DNA of 39,263 nucleotides from Candidatus Limnocylindria bacterium (GCA_041483455.1 JBGPFS010000002.1:1-39263), one strand, 5' to 3'. Positions 8,112 through 17,055 are shown, counted from the stretch's first letter. Notes: generated by a model from the letters alone, not told the origin. Program-made: numbers and translations.

Positions 8112-8720
8112 CTACCAGCGTTCCTCGTGGACGATCTCGGCGAGCGGCCGGCGGCCGGCCGGGCGGTTCGGGGCCCGGAGCTTCTCGGGGTCCGCCGGGT
8201 AGCCGAACGAGAGCAGGAACTCGCAGTGGCGGCCGGCCGGGTAGCCGAGGAGCCGACGGACGAGATCGTGATCGTAGACCGTCGCCGGACAACTCCCGAT
8301 CCCGAGCTCCCACGCGACCAGCATCATGTTCTCGGCGGCCTGTCCCAGGTCGAACAGGATCGAGAGGGGAGCGTCGGCGACCGCCGGATCCGGCGTCACC
8401 AGGGCGACGGCGACGGCGGCCCCGGCGAGGTGTCCGGCGTAGGGTCCCACGGCGGCCAGCTCGGCGAGGTGGCCGCGCTCGCGACAGACGACGAAGTCCC
8501 AGCGCTGGAGGTTCTTCGAGCTGCCCGCTCGCCGGCCGGCGTTGAGGATGCGCTCGAGGTGCTCCGCCGCGAGCGGTCGGTCGGCGAAGGTCCGGACGGC
8601 GCGCTTGGCCTGGATCGCCTCCCAGGCCGATCCTCGCGTTCGGGCAGGCTTCTCGGTCTGGGTCGCCGTTCGCGCCTCGGTCTGCGCCCCCGTCGATCCG
8701 CCGGTCCGGGAGCCGGTCAT
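8112..8720 (-). CDS. Nitroreductase-family protein
   Basis: KRAVRTFADRPL...ILNAGRRAGSSKNLQRWDFVV is a typical nitroreductase N-terminal core. ATG 8720 overlaps the upstream stop (ATGA). Confidence 0.85.
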   Translation of the reverse strand: MTGSRTGGSTGAQTEARTATQTEKPARTRGSAWEAIQAKRAVRTFADRPLAAEHLERILNAGRRAGSSKNLQRWDFVVCRERGHLAELAAVGPYAGHLAGAAVAVALVTPDPAVADAPLSILFDLGQAAENMMLVAWELGIGSCPATVYDHDLVRRLLGYPAGRHCEFLLSFGYPADPEKLRAPNRPAGRRPLAEIVHEERW

Positions 8721-9775
8721 GGCTCGGCCGATGCGCCCAGGACCGCCGCCGCGACGTTGGTCGCCCGGTCGCCCACGAGTGACTCTTCAGGCTCCGCGAG
8801 GCGGGCCGAGGGGGTGGCCGCCGCGACGTCACCGGCGACGTCGGGGTCGAGCGGGCCGCCGAGCTCTCGGGCCAGGAACCGGGCGACCGTCCGTCGGTAG
8901 ATGGGATCCTCATACAGCCAGGTGTGGCGGCCGCCGGCCACGATCAGCGTCTCGATCGGAGGCGCGTCGGCGTCGTCGCGCCGGGAGGCCCGGGCGGCCG
9001 CCTCCAGGATCGCCAGATGGCGGGGCGGCATGACCTCGTCGAGTTCGCCGTGGATGAGCAGGATCGGGCCGCGATACCGGCCGATGGCGTGCCGGGCGCT
9101 GATCGCCCGGACGGCGTGGCCGCGAGGCTGCACGAACACGCGGGTCGTGAGCCAGGCGAGCGGGTGGGCCACCAGGTCCGGGATCGGGAGCCGCGCCAGC
9201 CGGAAGGTCTGGTGGACCAGGAGGCGAGGATCCGATGGCGTCGCGACGCTGACCAGGGCGGCCACCCGCGGATCGGCAGCCGCGGCCAGGATCGCCCCGA
9301 TCCCACCCATCGAGTGACCCAGGATCGCACCGCGCGTCACCTCGGGACGGGCGAGCAAAGCGTCGAAGGCCGCCTCGGCGTCGGCCCCGTACTCGCCGCC
9401 GCTCACGGGCAGGGCCTCCGCCGGATTGGCGCCGTGGCCGCGCACGTCGAACGTCAGGCAGTGGAACCCGGCCGCGTGGAGAAGCCGGATGTTCGGGAGC
9501 GTCCGGTCGCGGGCCGAATCCCAACCGTGGACCAGGAGGACGCCCGGTCCGGGCTTCCCGCCGTTGGCGGGGATGAACCAGGCCGGCAGCAGACCGGCGG
9601 GCGACGACACCATCGTCTCCTCGAACGGCAACCCGAGGTCGGCCGGATCCTTGAGGGGCGGGCGCCGGCGCGGGAAACCCGCCCGCTCGCGGTAGACGTG
9701 GGCGAATCGGACGGCGAGGGCGACCGGCGCGGCGACGAGAGCGGCGACGGCGCCGGCACGACGCAAGGTGCTCAC
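8717..9775 (-). CDS. Alpha/beta hydrolase with an N-terminal membrane anchor
   Basis: Track ORF 8717..10441(-) trimmed to GTG 9775 (VSTLRRAGAVAALVAAPVALAV..., a TM segment). Motifs are LLVHGW, nucleophile elbow GHSMGG, and LLIHGELD. Sequence upstream of 9775 is low-complexity. Confidence 0.75.
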   Translation of the reverse strand: MSTLRRAGAVAALVAAPVALAVRFAHVYRERAGFPRRRPPLKDPADLGLPFEETMVSSPAGLLPAWFIPANGGKPGPGVLLVHGWDSARDRTLPNIRLLHAAGFHCLTFDVRGHGANPAEALPVSGGEYGADAEAAFDALLARPEVTRGAILGHSMGGIGAILAAAADPRVAALVSVATPSDPRLLVHQTFRLARLPIPDLVAHPLAWLTTRVFVQPRGHAVRAISARHAIGRYRGPILLIHGELDEVMPPRHLAILEAAARASRRDDADAPPIETLIVAGGRHTWLYEDPIYRRTVARFLARELGGPLDPDVAGDVAAATPSARLAEPEESLVGDRATNVAAAVLGASAEP

Positions 9776-9838
9776 GACCGAATGGGACGACGGACGGGCG
9801 GCCCTGTCAAGCGGCCCGCCGTCTCGGGGCTCGGCCGC

Positions 9839-9844
9839 TAGACT
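9839..9844 (+). promoter_or_regulatory. Predicted -10 (TAGACT) of a leaderless promoter for the J-domain gene
   Basis: The sequence reads TAGACT-cggagg-GTG(9851), a 6-nt spacer. Confidence 0.5.
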
Positions 9845-9850
9845 CGGAGG

Positions 9851-10624
9851 GTGACCAGACGCGATCCCTACGAGGTCCTCGGCCTCGGGCCCGGCGCCGC
9901 GCCGGCGGCGGTCAAGGCCGCCTGGCGACGGCTGGCCCGCCGACACCATCCGGACCTGACCGGAGGAGATCCGGCGGCGGCCCGGATGGCGACCCGGCGG
10001 ATGGCCGAGATCAATGCCGCGTACCAGGCGCTCCGCGAAGGCGGTCCGGCGCTCCACGACCGCGCCGCGCGGGCGGCCGGCGACGTCGACGCGCAGCCCG
10101 GTCCGCCCGGGCGCGGAGGGGCCCGGGGCGGTCGGGCCGGGGCGCCGCCGCGGGCCAGCGCGATGCCTCAGCCCAAGCCCGGCCGTCCGGTGACCGCCCG
10201 GCTCGACACGAGCGGGTTCCTTCACCAGCGCAACCGGACCACGACGACGCCCGGCGACCAGCGCGGGCGCCCGGTGGGGCCGGCCCCGGTCCGGAGGCGG
10301 GCGGAGAATGGCCCGCGTCGGGCGTCGGATCCGAACGGGCCGCTCATCCGCTCCCGGGTCCGGCGCTTCCGCCCGCCGGTCGCCCCGAGCCTCGAGGTCG
10401 CGACGGCGACGGTCATCCCGTTCGGGAAGTTCCACGGCCACACGCTCGGCCAGATCGCGGGCTTCGAGCCGTCCTACATCGACTGGGTCTCGGGAACGAT
10501 CACCCGGGATCCGGATCTCGTGGCTGCGGCCCGGGTCGTCCGCGGTGAGCTGGACCGACGCGGCGTCATCCGGCGCGCGCGAGTCACCGTTCCGGGCTCG
10601 CTTCCGGATCCCACCGGTCCATAG
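9851..10624 (+). CDS. J-domain (DnaJ-like) protein with a C-terminal DUF3820/ExoX-C-like motif
   Basis: The N-terminus DPYEVLGL...RRLARRHHPDL carries the HPD motif. A long Arg/Pro/Gly-rich linker follows. The C-terminus is IPFGKFHGHTLGQIAGFEPSYIDWV. Confidence 0.8.
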   Translation: MTRRDPYEVLGLGPGAAPAAVKAAWRRLARRHHPDLTGGDPAAARMATRRMAEINAAYQALREGGPALHDRAARAAGDVDAQPGPPGRGGARGGRAGAPPRASAMPQPKPGRPVTARLDTSGFLHQRNRTTTTPGDQRGRPVGPAPVRRRAENGPRRASDPNGPLIRSRVRRFRPPVAPSLEVATATVIPFGKFHGHTLGQIAGFEPSYIDWVSGTITRDPDLVAAARVVRGELDRRGVIRRARVTVPGSLPDPTGP

Positions 10625-11013
10625 GGCCCCGGGACAGGACCGCTGGTCGGGCGCGGCCCGTGGAAGACGGACCGCTCCCGATGATGAGACCTGCCGTCGA
10701 GCGCGGATCCGGGCCTGTCGGCCGATCGCTCATGGTCACTCGGCTCGTGGGCCGACGGTCGGTCGCCTCTTCGGCCAGCCCGGAAGCGTTCCCGGCTGGT
10801 CCTGAACATCGAGGTTCGGACGACCTTCGGTCCCGTGGCCGACGCCCCAGGTGGATCCCGGGCCGCGTCGACGGCATGGCGGAACCGTACGCTCGATCCG
10901 GCGCCCCGGGCCATGGCGAACTGGTCCCGTTGTCGCCCCGTCGAAGGTGAGGCGCACCGGCGCACCGAACGGGACCCTCGTACCACTCGACGGCAGGGTC
11001 ACCGGAGGGGCCG

Positions 11014-11019
11014 TAGACT
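11014..11019 (+). promoter_or_regulatory. Predicted -10 (TAGACT) of a leaderless promoter for the lipoprotein gene
   Basis: The sequence reads TAGACT-cgaccc-ATG(11026), a 6-nt spacer. Confidence 0.55.
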
Positions 11020-11025
11020 CGACCC

Positions 11026-11619
11026 ATGTCCGCCGACCGCGCCGCCGCCCGCAGCGCTCGTCTCGCGCTCCTGTTCGCCGCGATCGTCCTCGTCAGCGCC
11101 TGTGGGTCCGCCGCGACGTCCTTCGATCCGACGAGCGCCTGCGGCGGGGCGGAGGAGCAGCGGATGCCGGGCGCCTACCCGGACCTGGAGGCGACCATCC
11201 CGACCGCCCTCGACGGCGTGGCGGCCGATGCCCGCGACTCGGGTCGCTTCTGCGCCGAGCGCAGCCTCGGCTCGCTCTGGGAGCGAGGCATCCGGGAGGC
11301 GCGCTTCGCGGGTGGGACGTGGCCCGGCACGAACGGCGCCGGGCTCTCACTGGTCATGTTCGAAGCCGACGGGCTGACCCCGGATGCGCTCTTCGCCTCC
11401 TATGAGGCGGGGGCCCGGGCATCGGCAAAGGTCCGGAACGTCACGACCAGCCGGCCGACCGTGGCCGGGTCCACGGGCTTCCGGCTCGACGCGATCAACG
11501 GCGACTTCCGACAGGTGGTCGTCATCTGGCCGGGCGACCGGGACGGACGGGTCCGGGTCGTCCTGGCCTCGGACCTCGCCGAGGACCGGGTCCAGGCGGC
11601 CATCGCCGCCTTCCACTGA
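11026..11619 (+). CDS. Putative lipoprotein (hypothetical)
   Basis: The signal peptide has a lipobox: MSADRAAARSARLALLFAAIVLVSAC. The rest is globular-looking with high GC3. Confidence 0.75.
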   Translation: MSADRAAARSARLALLFAAIVLVSACGSAATSFDPTSACGGAEEQRMPGAYPDLEATIPTALDGVAADARDSGRFCAERSLGSLWERGIREARFAGGTWPGTNGAGLSLVMFEADGLTPDALFASYEAGARASAKVRNVTTSRPTVAGSTGFRLDAINGDFRQVVVIWPGDRDGRVRVVLASDLAEDRVQAAIAAFH

Positions 11620-11633
11620 CGGCCGCCGGGCGC

Positions 11634-11639
11634 TAGAGT
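11634..11639 (+). promoter_or_regulatory. Predicted -10 (TAGAGT) of a leaderless promoter for the mutase large subunit
   Basis: The sequence reads TAGAGT-cgcgcc-ATG(11646), a 6-nt spacer. Confidence 0.55.
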
Positions 11640-11645
11640 CGCGCC

Positions 11646-13409
11646 ATGACCTGGTCCGCCCGCCGACGCGCCTGGGAGGCCGGTCGCCTCCGCCCGGCGC
11701 TGGATCGCGCGCCAGAGCGGCGGACCCGCTTTTCGACGATCAGCGATGTCGAGGTGAGCCGGCTCTACGGGCCATGGGACTGGACCGCGAGTGGCCCCGC
11801 CGGAGAGCCGCTGGGGCCGGGCGGACCCACGGCGGTCGACCACCTCGGCGACGCGCTGCGGGCCGGACGCTGGGACGACTTCGACCCGCTCCGCGACATC
11901 GGGCTGCCGGGCGAGCCGCCGTTCACCCGCGGGATCCACCCCAGCGGCTACCGTTCGCGCCTCTGGACGATGCGGATGTTCGCCGGGTTCGGCGCCGCCG
12001 AGGACACGAACGCCCGGTTCCGGCAGCTGCTCGCAGCCGGCCAGACCGGCCTGTCGATCGCCTACGACATGCCGACCCTGTACGGCTACGACACGGACGA
12101 TCCCGAGGCCGAGGGCGAGTTCGGGACGTGCGGCGTCGCCGTGAGCAGCCTGGCCGACATGGAGGTCCTCCTCGACGGCCTGCCCCTCGACCGGGTCAGC
12201 ACCTCGATGACGATCAACTCGCCGGCCGCGCCGATCTGGGCGATGTACATCGCGGCGGCCGAGAAGCGCGGCTTCCCGCGGGCCGCCCTGGAGGGCACCA
12301 CCCAGAACGACATCCTCAAGGAGTTCGTGGCCCAGAAGGAGTTCCTGTTCCCCCCCGGCCCGTCACTCCGCCTGGTGACCGACACGATCGAGTTCGGGAC
12401 CCGGGAGCTGCCTCGCTGGAACACGATCTCGATCAGCGGCTACCACATCCGCGAGGCGGGCTCGACGGCGGTCCAGGAGCTGGCCTTCACGATCGCCGAC
12501 GGGATGGCCTACGTCGAGGCGGCCCTCCGCCGCGGCCTCCGGATCGACGAGTTCGCGCCCCGGCTGAGCTTCTTCTTCAACAGCCACAACGACTTCTTCG
12601 AGGAGATCGCCAAGTTCCGGGCGGCCCGGCGGATCTGGTTCCGCCTGATGACCGAGCGCTACCGGGCGGAGAACGAGCGATCGACCTGGCTGCGCTTCCA
12701 CACCCAGACCGCGGGCGTCAGCCTGACCGCCCAGCAGCCGCTCAACAACCTGACCCGGGTGGCGATCCAGGCGCTGGCTGCGGTGCTGGGCGGGACCCAG
12801 TCGCTCCACACCGACGCCTACGACGAAGCGTGGGCGGTCCCGTCGGCCGAGGCGGCGCTCCTCGCCCTGCGCCAGCAGCAGGTGATCGCCGAGGAGACCG
12901 GCGTGGCGGCGACGATCGACCCCCTCGGCGGCTCGTGGTTCGTCGAGCGGCTGACGAACGAGACCGAGCGGGCCGTCTGGCGCTACCTCGACGAGATCGA
13001 TCGCCGGGGCGGGATGGTCGCGGCGATCGCCGAGGGCTACCCGCAGCGCGAGATCGCCGATGCCGCCTATCGCTTCCAGCGCGAGCTGGATGCGGGCGAG
13101 CGGACCGTCGTCGGGGTGAACCGCCACGTCGATCCGGAGGAGGTCCTGCAGATCCCGCTCCTCCAGGTATCCGAGACGTCGCTTCGGACCCAGCTCGCCC
13201 GCCTCGAGCGGACCCGGCGCGAGCGGGACGGAGCCGCAGTCGGGGCGGCCCTCGCGCGGCTGCGCGACCTGGCGGCGCGCCCTGAGAGCTCGGAGACGAA
13301 CCTGATGCCCCCGCTCATCGAGTGCGCCCGGACCTACGCCACCCTGGGCGAGATCTGCGGCGTCTTCCGTGCGGTCTTCGGGGAGTACCGGGAGCCGGTC
13401 GCCGTCTGA
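11646..13409 (+). CDS. B12-dependent acyl-CoA mutase, large (substrate-binding TIM-barrel) subunit; methylmalonyl-CoA mutase family with isobutyryl-CoA-mutase-like specificity residues
   Basis: 587 aa with no B12-binding domain. Family motifs are [58 protein letters not shown] and [12 protein letters not shown]. Confidence 0.9.
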   Translation: MTWSARRRAWEAGRLRPALDRAPERRTRFSTISDVEVSRLYGPWDWTASGPAGEPLGPGGPTAVDHLGDALRAGRWDDFDPLRDIGLPGEPPFTRGIHPSGYRSRLWTMRMFAGFGAAEDTNARFRQLLAAGQTGLSIAYDMPTLYGYDTDDPEAEGEFGTCGVAVSSLADMEVLLDGLPLDRVSTSMTINSPAAPIWAMYIAAAEKRGFPRAALEGTTQNDILKEFVAQKEFLFPPGPSLRLVTDTIEFGTRELPRWNTISISGYHIREAGSTAVQELAFTIADGMAYVEAALRRGLRIDEFAPRLSFFFNSHNDFFEEIAKFRAARRIWFRLMTERYRAENERSTWLRFHTQTAGVSLTAQQPLNNLTRVAIQALAAVLGGTQSLHTDAYDEAWAVPSAEAALLALRQQQVIAEETGVAATIDPLGGSWFVERLTNETERAVWRYLDEIDRRGGMVAAIAEGYPQREIADAAYRFQRELDAGERTVVGVNRHVDPEEVLQIPLLQVSETSLRTQLARLERTRRERDGAAVGAALARLRDLAARPESSETNLMPPLIECARTYATLGEICGVFRAVFGEYREPVAV

Positions 13410-13500
13410 CGGCCCGGAGACGGCGCCCGGTCGCCGGACCCCGACAGCCTCGCGGCCGACTACCATCGGGGTCCGCGGTCGCGGCCAGCAGGAGGAGCCC

Positions 13501-13980
13501 ATGTACCTCGATGCCCTGTCGTTCCTCGAAGACGAGCGTGAGGCCTGGCGTCCCTACGAGGCGCTCGATGGACTCTCCGACGCCCGGCTCGCGCTGCCGC
13601 TCGAAGCGGCTCACGGCTGGTCCGGGCGGGACCTGATGGGTCACCTGACCGCCTGGCTCGAGCACTCGCTCACGGTCGCCCGCGAACTCGCCGTCGGCGA
13701 GACGAGCGCGGCGAAGGCGCACGGCGACGCCGACTGGCAGGCCCGCGGCGACCAGATCAACGACGAGCTGCTGGCGGCCTGGCGAGCGCTCCCGATGGAT
13801 GAGGTCCGGCGCCGCTTCCGAAGCGTACCGGGCGAGTTACGCGGCTACCTGACGGTCGTGCCCGAGGCGCGCTGGATCAAGAGCGCCGAGTACGAGGAGT
13901 TCTTCCTGGACGAGACGATCGACCACTACGCCGGCCACCTCGCCGATCTGGCCGCGGTCCTCGGGACGACCGCCGGCTGA
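13501..13980 (+). CDS. DinB-family / mycothiol-maleylpyruvate-isomerase-N-like protein
   Basis: ATG 13501 is preceded by AGGAGGAG. The sequence includes HGWSGRDLMGHLTAW...DHYAGHLADL, with conserved His residues of the DinB-like four-helix bundle. Confidence 0.7.
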   Translation: MYLDALSFLEDEREAWRPYEALDGLSDARLALPLEAAHGWSGRDLMGHLTAWLEHSLTVARELAVGETSAAKAHGDADWQARGDQINDELLAAWRALPMDEVRRRFRSVPGELRGYLTVVPEARWIKSAEYEEFFLDETIDHYAGHLADLAAVLGTTAG

Positions 13981-13990
13981 AGCCGGGAAT

Positions 13991-14021
13991 CACGAGACCC
14001 CGGACGGCCCGGGGTCTCGTG
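13991..14021. terminator. Bidirectional intrinsic-terminator-like hairpin between convergent genes
   Basis: CACGAGACCCCGG-acggc-CCGGGGTCTCGTG forms a 13-bp perfect stem. It lies between the stop of the DinB-like gene (13980) and the stop of trxA (14047). There is no U-tract. Confidence 0.6.
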
Positions 14022-14046
14022 GGGGGGAGGAGGAGCGGGGAAGGGG

Positions 14047-14388
14047 TCAGACGGCCGGCTTGACGAATTCGGCCAGCCCGAACTGCTGCTCGAGCTGCTC
14101 CATCGGCCGGAAGCCGACGACGCCCTGCGGCTGGGCGCCCGGCTTGAAGAAGGCGATGGTCGGGATGCTCATGATGTTGAACGCCCGGGACAGGCCCGGG
14201 TTCGCGTCGACGTCGACCTTGACCACGTCGACGCTGCCGTCGTACTTGGCGGCGATCTTCTCCATCTCGGGGGCGACCATCTTGCAGGGGCCGCACCAGG
14301 CCGCCCAGAAGTCGACCACGACCGGTCGGTCGCTCTTGAGGACGACCTCCTCGAAGGTCGCGTCGGTGACTGCCTTGATCTCGGCCAT
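14047..14388 (-). CDS. trxA: Thioredoxin
   Basis: Tail of track ORF 14047..14793(-) from ATG 14388: MAEIKAVTDATFEEVVLKSDRPVVVDFWAAWCGPCK (WCGPC). A purine-rich SD (GGGAGAAAGGGA) lies upstream. Confidence 0.95.
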   Translation of the reverse strand: MAEIKAVTDATFEEVVLKSDRPVVVDFWAAWCGPCKMVAPEMEKIAAKYDGSVDVVKVDVDANPGLSRAFNIMSIPTIAFFKPGAQPQGVVGFRPMEQLEQQFGLAEFVKPAV

Positions 14389-14462
14389 CTGGCCCGGATC
14401 CCTTTCTCCCGCGCCGCGGGACCGTGGGCGACGGCGGCGAGCCGTCGTCCCCTCTCCGCCCG

Positions 14463-14762
14463 TCAGCGGGCGATCGTCTGGATGAGTCGGTAGGCCTCGA
14501 GGACCCGCGGGTCCGTGAGGCGATAGTAGACGGTGCTGCCCTCGCGCCGGGTGGTGACGAGCCCCGCGCTCCGGAGCACGGCGAGATGCTGGCTCATGTT
14601 GGGGACCTGGCACCCGACCACGGTCGAAAGGTCGCCGACCGAGAGCTCGCCAACGGCGAGCGACTCGAGGACGCACAGTCGCTTGGGGTCCGAGAGGGCC
14701 CGGCCGACCGCGGCAAAGCGCCGCCGATCGAGCTCGCTCGAGGTGGGGGTCTTCTCCAGCAC
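14463..14762 (-). CDS. ArsR/SmtB-family transcriptional regulator
   Basis: 99 aa with a winged HTH: LSDPKRLCVLESLAVGELSVGDLSTVVGCQVPNMSQHLAVLRSAGLV. GTG start at 14762. Confidence 0.85.
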   Translation of the reverse strand: MLEKTPTSSELDRRRFAAVGRALSDPKRLCVLESLAVGELSVGDLSTVVGCQVPNMSQHLAVLRSAGLVTTRREGSTVYYRLTDPRVLEAYRLIQTIAR

Positions 14763-14768
14763 GAACCG

Positions 14769-14774
14769 ACGGTA
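14769..14774 (-). promoter_or_regulatory. Predicted -10 (TACCGT) of a leaderless promoter for the ArsR-family gene
   Basis: Minus strand reads TACCGT-cggttc-GTG(14762), a 6-nt spacer. Confidence 0.5.
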
Positions 14775-14780
14775 TCACGA

Positions 14781-14790
14781 GTTGCGCAAC
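14781..14790. promoter_or_regulatory. Perfect 10-bp palindrome GTTGCGCAAC, candidate ArsR operator
   Basis: It lies 19-28 bp upstream of the ArsR start, between the predicted -10 and the -35 position, within the arsR/ilvA-like divergent region. Confidence 0.4.
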
Positions 14791-14890
14791 CACGCAAGTC
14801 TACGTCGCGGACGGCGCGGCGTCGGTCCGGGCGAGGGTGCCGGCGAGCCCAGGGCGCCGCGGCAGGTCCGGTCACGAGGGGGTCGTCTGC

Positions 14891-14896
14891 GATACT
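14891..14896 (+). promoter_or_regulatory. Predicted -10 (TGcGATACT) of a leaderless promoter for the threonine-dehydratase-like gene
   Basis: The sequence reads cTGcGATACT-gcgccg-ATG(14903), a 6-nt spacer. Confidence 0.45.
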
Positions 14897-14902
14897 GCGC
14901 CG

Positions 14903-15922
14903 ATGGCGGACCACCTCGTCCCGCTCGAGCGGATCCTCGCGGCGCGCGAGCTCGTCGCGGCCCGCGTCCACCGGACGCCGCTCCTGAGCTCGCGGACCGC
15001 GGGGCGGTTCGCGTCGGCCGCGGCCCGGATCCAGCTCGCCGACGGGACGGTCTACCTCAAAGCCGAGCACCTCCAGAAGACCGGCTCGTTCAAGCCGCGC
15101 GGGATGACCGCCCGGGTCGAGGCGTTGTCGCCCGACCAGCGGGCAGCCGGGATCATCACCCTCTCGGCCGGCAACGCCGGCCAGGCGTACGCCTGGGCAG
15201 GCCGGCAGGCGGGGGTGCCGGTCGTGGTCGTCATGCCGGCGGGGGCCGTCCGCTCGAAGGTCGAAGCCTGCCTCGGCTACGGCGCCGAGGTCGTCCTCTA
15301 CGGCGCCCACGTCGGCGAGACCTTCGCCCGGATGGAGGCGCTCCGCGACGAGCGCGGCCTGACGTTCGCCCACCCGTTCGACGACCCGGACGTGATCGCC
15401 GGCCACGGCTCGATCGGCCTCGAGATCCTCGACGACCTGCCGGACGTCGACGTGGTCGTGGTCGGTGTCGGTGGCGGCGGCCTGATCAGCGGCGTCGCGG
15501 CGGCCCTCAAGGAGCTTCGGCCCGCGGTCCGGGTCTACGGGGTCGAGCCGGTCGCCTCGAACGCGCTGTCGCTCGGGATCGCGGCCGGCGAGCCGGTCCG
15601 GATCCAGCCGGCCAGCGTCGCGGACGGGCTGGGCGCCCCGTTCGCCGGGGCGTGGACGATCGCGATGGGCGCTCGTTACCTTGATGGCATCGTCCTGCTC
15701 GACGACCCCACGATCCTGGCGGGGCTCCGCTTCGCGGCGGAGCGGATGAAGCAGGTGCTCGAGCCGGCGGGAGCGGCGGCCCTGGCCGCGATCCTGGCCG
15801 GACGGATCCCGCTCCGGGACGGCGATCGGGTCTGCGTGGTCGCCTCGGGCGGCAACGTCGCGCTCGAGCGCCTGGGCGAGCTCCTGGCGGCGGCCGCGCC
15901 ACTGCCCGAGCCGGGCGGCTGA
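14903..15922 (+). CDS. Threonine/serine dehydratase-family PLP enzyme (threonine ammonia-lyase-like, short form)
   Basis: Track ORF 14837..15922 trimmed to ATG 14903. The PLP-Lys motif is KAEHLQKTGSFKPRG. The Gly loop is VGVGGGGLISG, and ASGGN is also present. Confidence 0.85.
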   Translation: MADHLVPLERILAARELVAARVHRTPLLSSRTAGRFASAAARIQLADGTVYLKAEHLQKTGSFKPRGMTARVEALSPDQRAAGIITLSAGNAGQAYAWAGRQAGVPVVVVMPAGAVRSKVEACLGYGAEVVLYGAHVGETFARMEALRDERGLTFAHPFDDPDVIAGHGSIGLEILDDLPDVDVVVVGVGGGGLISGVAAALKELRPAVRVYGVEPVASNALSLGIAAGEPVRIQPASVADGLGAPFAGAWTIAMGARYLDGIVLLDDPTILAGLRFAAERMKQVLEPAGAAALAAILAGRIPLRDGDRVCVVASGGNVALERLGELLAAAAPLPEPGG

Positions 15923-16998
15923 TGGATCCGTCGGGAGCCGGACCGCCGAGCGGCGGCCGACCGACGCCCGAGCCCGAGCCACAGCCACTGCCGCCGTCCG
16001 CGCTCGGACCGCCGACCTGGCCCGGGGTCGGCTCGGTGCTCGGTGGGTCGCTCGACCTCCTGGTCCGCTCGAACCGCTCGCTCCGCGTGGCCTCGCTGAC
16101 GATCGGTGCTCTCGCGCTCGGCACCGTCGGCCCGTTCGTGCTCGAGTTGCTGGCCAACGATCGACCGCTCGACGAGCTGGTCCGGTCGGGCGGGGACACG
16201 GCGCTGGTGGTCACGCTCATCGTCGCGTTCCTCGGCCTGATCGCCCTCGGGACCGAGAGCCAGATCCTCGCCTTGGCGATCCTCGGCGGGAGCTTCGTCG
16301 GCCGGCCGCTGACGTTCCTCGAGGCCCTTCGCCGGTCGCGGGCCGTCTTCTGGCGAGTGATCCGGCTCTCGCTGCTGGTCGGCATCGCGACCGAACTGGC
16401 CACGGACTGGCTGGGCTCCGGCCTGGGTTCGCTGCTCGGTCGGGACTCCGATGCGTCGGTGGTCGGGGCGAGCCTCCTGACGGCGGTGATCATGGCGCCG
16501 GCGGTCTACGGGGTCGCCGGCATCGTCCTCGGCGACGTCGGCGCGCTCGAGTCGCTCAGACGCTCGTTCCGGCTCGCGCGGGCGCGCTACCGGCTGGCGC
16601 TCCTCGTTTCCCTCTTCGGGGTGGTCGCGCAGTACCTCTTCGTCGCGGCGCTCGGCGCCGGCTTCGGCCTCGAGGGCAGGCTCCTCAGCCCCTTCTCGGC
16701 CCAGCTCCAGGCGCTCTCGCCGGGGACGTGGCCGTGGCTGGCCGTCCTCGGCGGCGGCGCCCTGGTGGCCCTCTTTGCGCTCGGGACGCTAACCTTCACG
16801 ATCGGCGCCCTGAGCGCTGCGCCGCAGGTGGTCGCCTTCCTCCGACTGACCGGCTACGCGCGGGGCCTCGACGGCGCTCGCGACCCGGAGGGTGCTGGCT
16901 CGGGGACGCGACCGGCTTGGCTGAGCCGACCGATGGCGATCGGGATCGGCCTGGCGGTCCTGGCGATGGCGCTCGATCTCCCGTCGCTCGTCCGATAG
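15922..16998 (+). CDS. Polytopic membrane protein, function unknown
   Basis: ATG 15922 overlaps the upstream TGA by 1 nt. A Pro-rich N-terminus is followed by about 6 hydrophobic helices, with high GC3. Confidence 0.7.
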   Translation: MDPSGAGPPSGGRPTPEPEPQPLPPSALGPPTWPGVGSVLGGSLDLLVRSNRSLRVASLTIGALALGTVGPFVLELLANDRPLDELVRSGGDTALVVTLIVAFLGLIALGTESQILALAILGGSFVGRPLTFLEALRRSRAVFWRVIRLSLLVGIATELATDWLGSGLGSLLGRDSDASVVGASLLTAVIMAPAVYGVAGIVLGDVGALESLRRSFRLARARYRLALLVSLFGVVAQYLFVAALGAGFGLEGRLLSPFSAQLQALSPGTWPWLAVLGGGALVALFALGTLTFTIGALSAAPQVVAFLRLTGYARGLDGARDPEGAGSGTRPAWLSRPMAIGIGLAVLAMALDLPSLVR

Positions 16999-17020
16999 GA
17001 CGGGCGGGACGTCGGCTCCG

Positions 17021-17048
17021 GCTGGTCGGCCAGCTCTGCCCGACCGGC
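17021..17048. terminator. Hairpin between convergent genes (possible bidirectional terminator)
   Basis: GCTGGTCGG-cagctctgcc-CCGACCGGC forms a 9-bp stem with one G-U pair. It lies between stops at 16998(+) and 17056(-). Confidence 0.4.
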
Positions 17049-17055
17049 GAGGACC

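Noticed and set aside
10625-11645. A possible cobalamin riboswitch, RNase P RNA, tmRNA or SRP RNA upstream of the B12-dependent mutase.
   Set aside because: I found no B12-box-like core, no GGAAAGTCCGG P4 signature and no tmRNA/SRP conserved segments by eye. The mutase start is only 26 nt after the lipoprotein stop and has its own leaderless promoter. An Infernal scan would be the decisive test.
14021-14046. A G-rich tract GGGGGGGAGGAGGAGCGGGGAAGGGG next to the trxA stop, which is a potential G-quadruplex.
   Set aside because: It meets a loose G4 pattern only with a 9-nt loop. It sits beside a much stronger conventional hairpin. G-runs are expected in this base composition, and nothing suggests a function.
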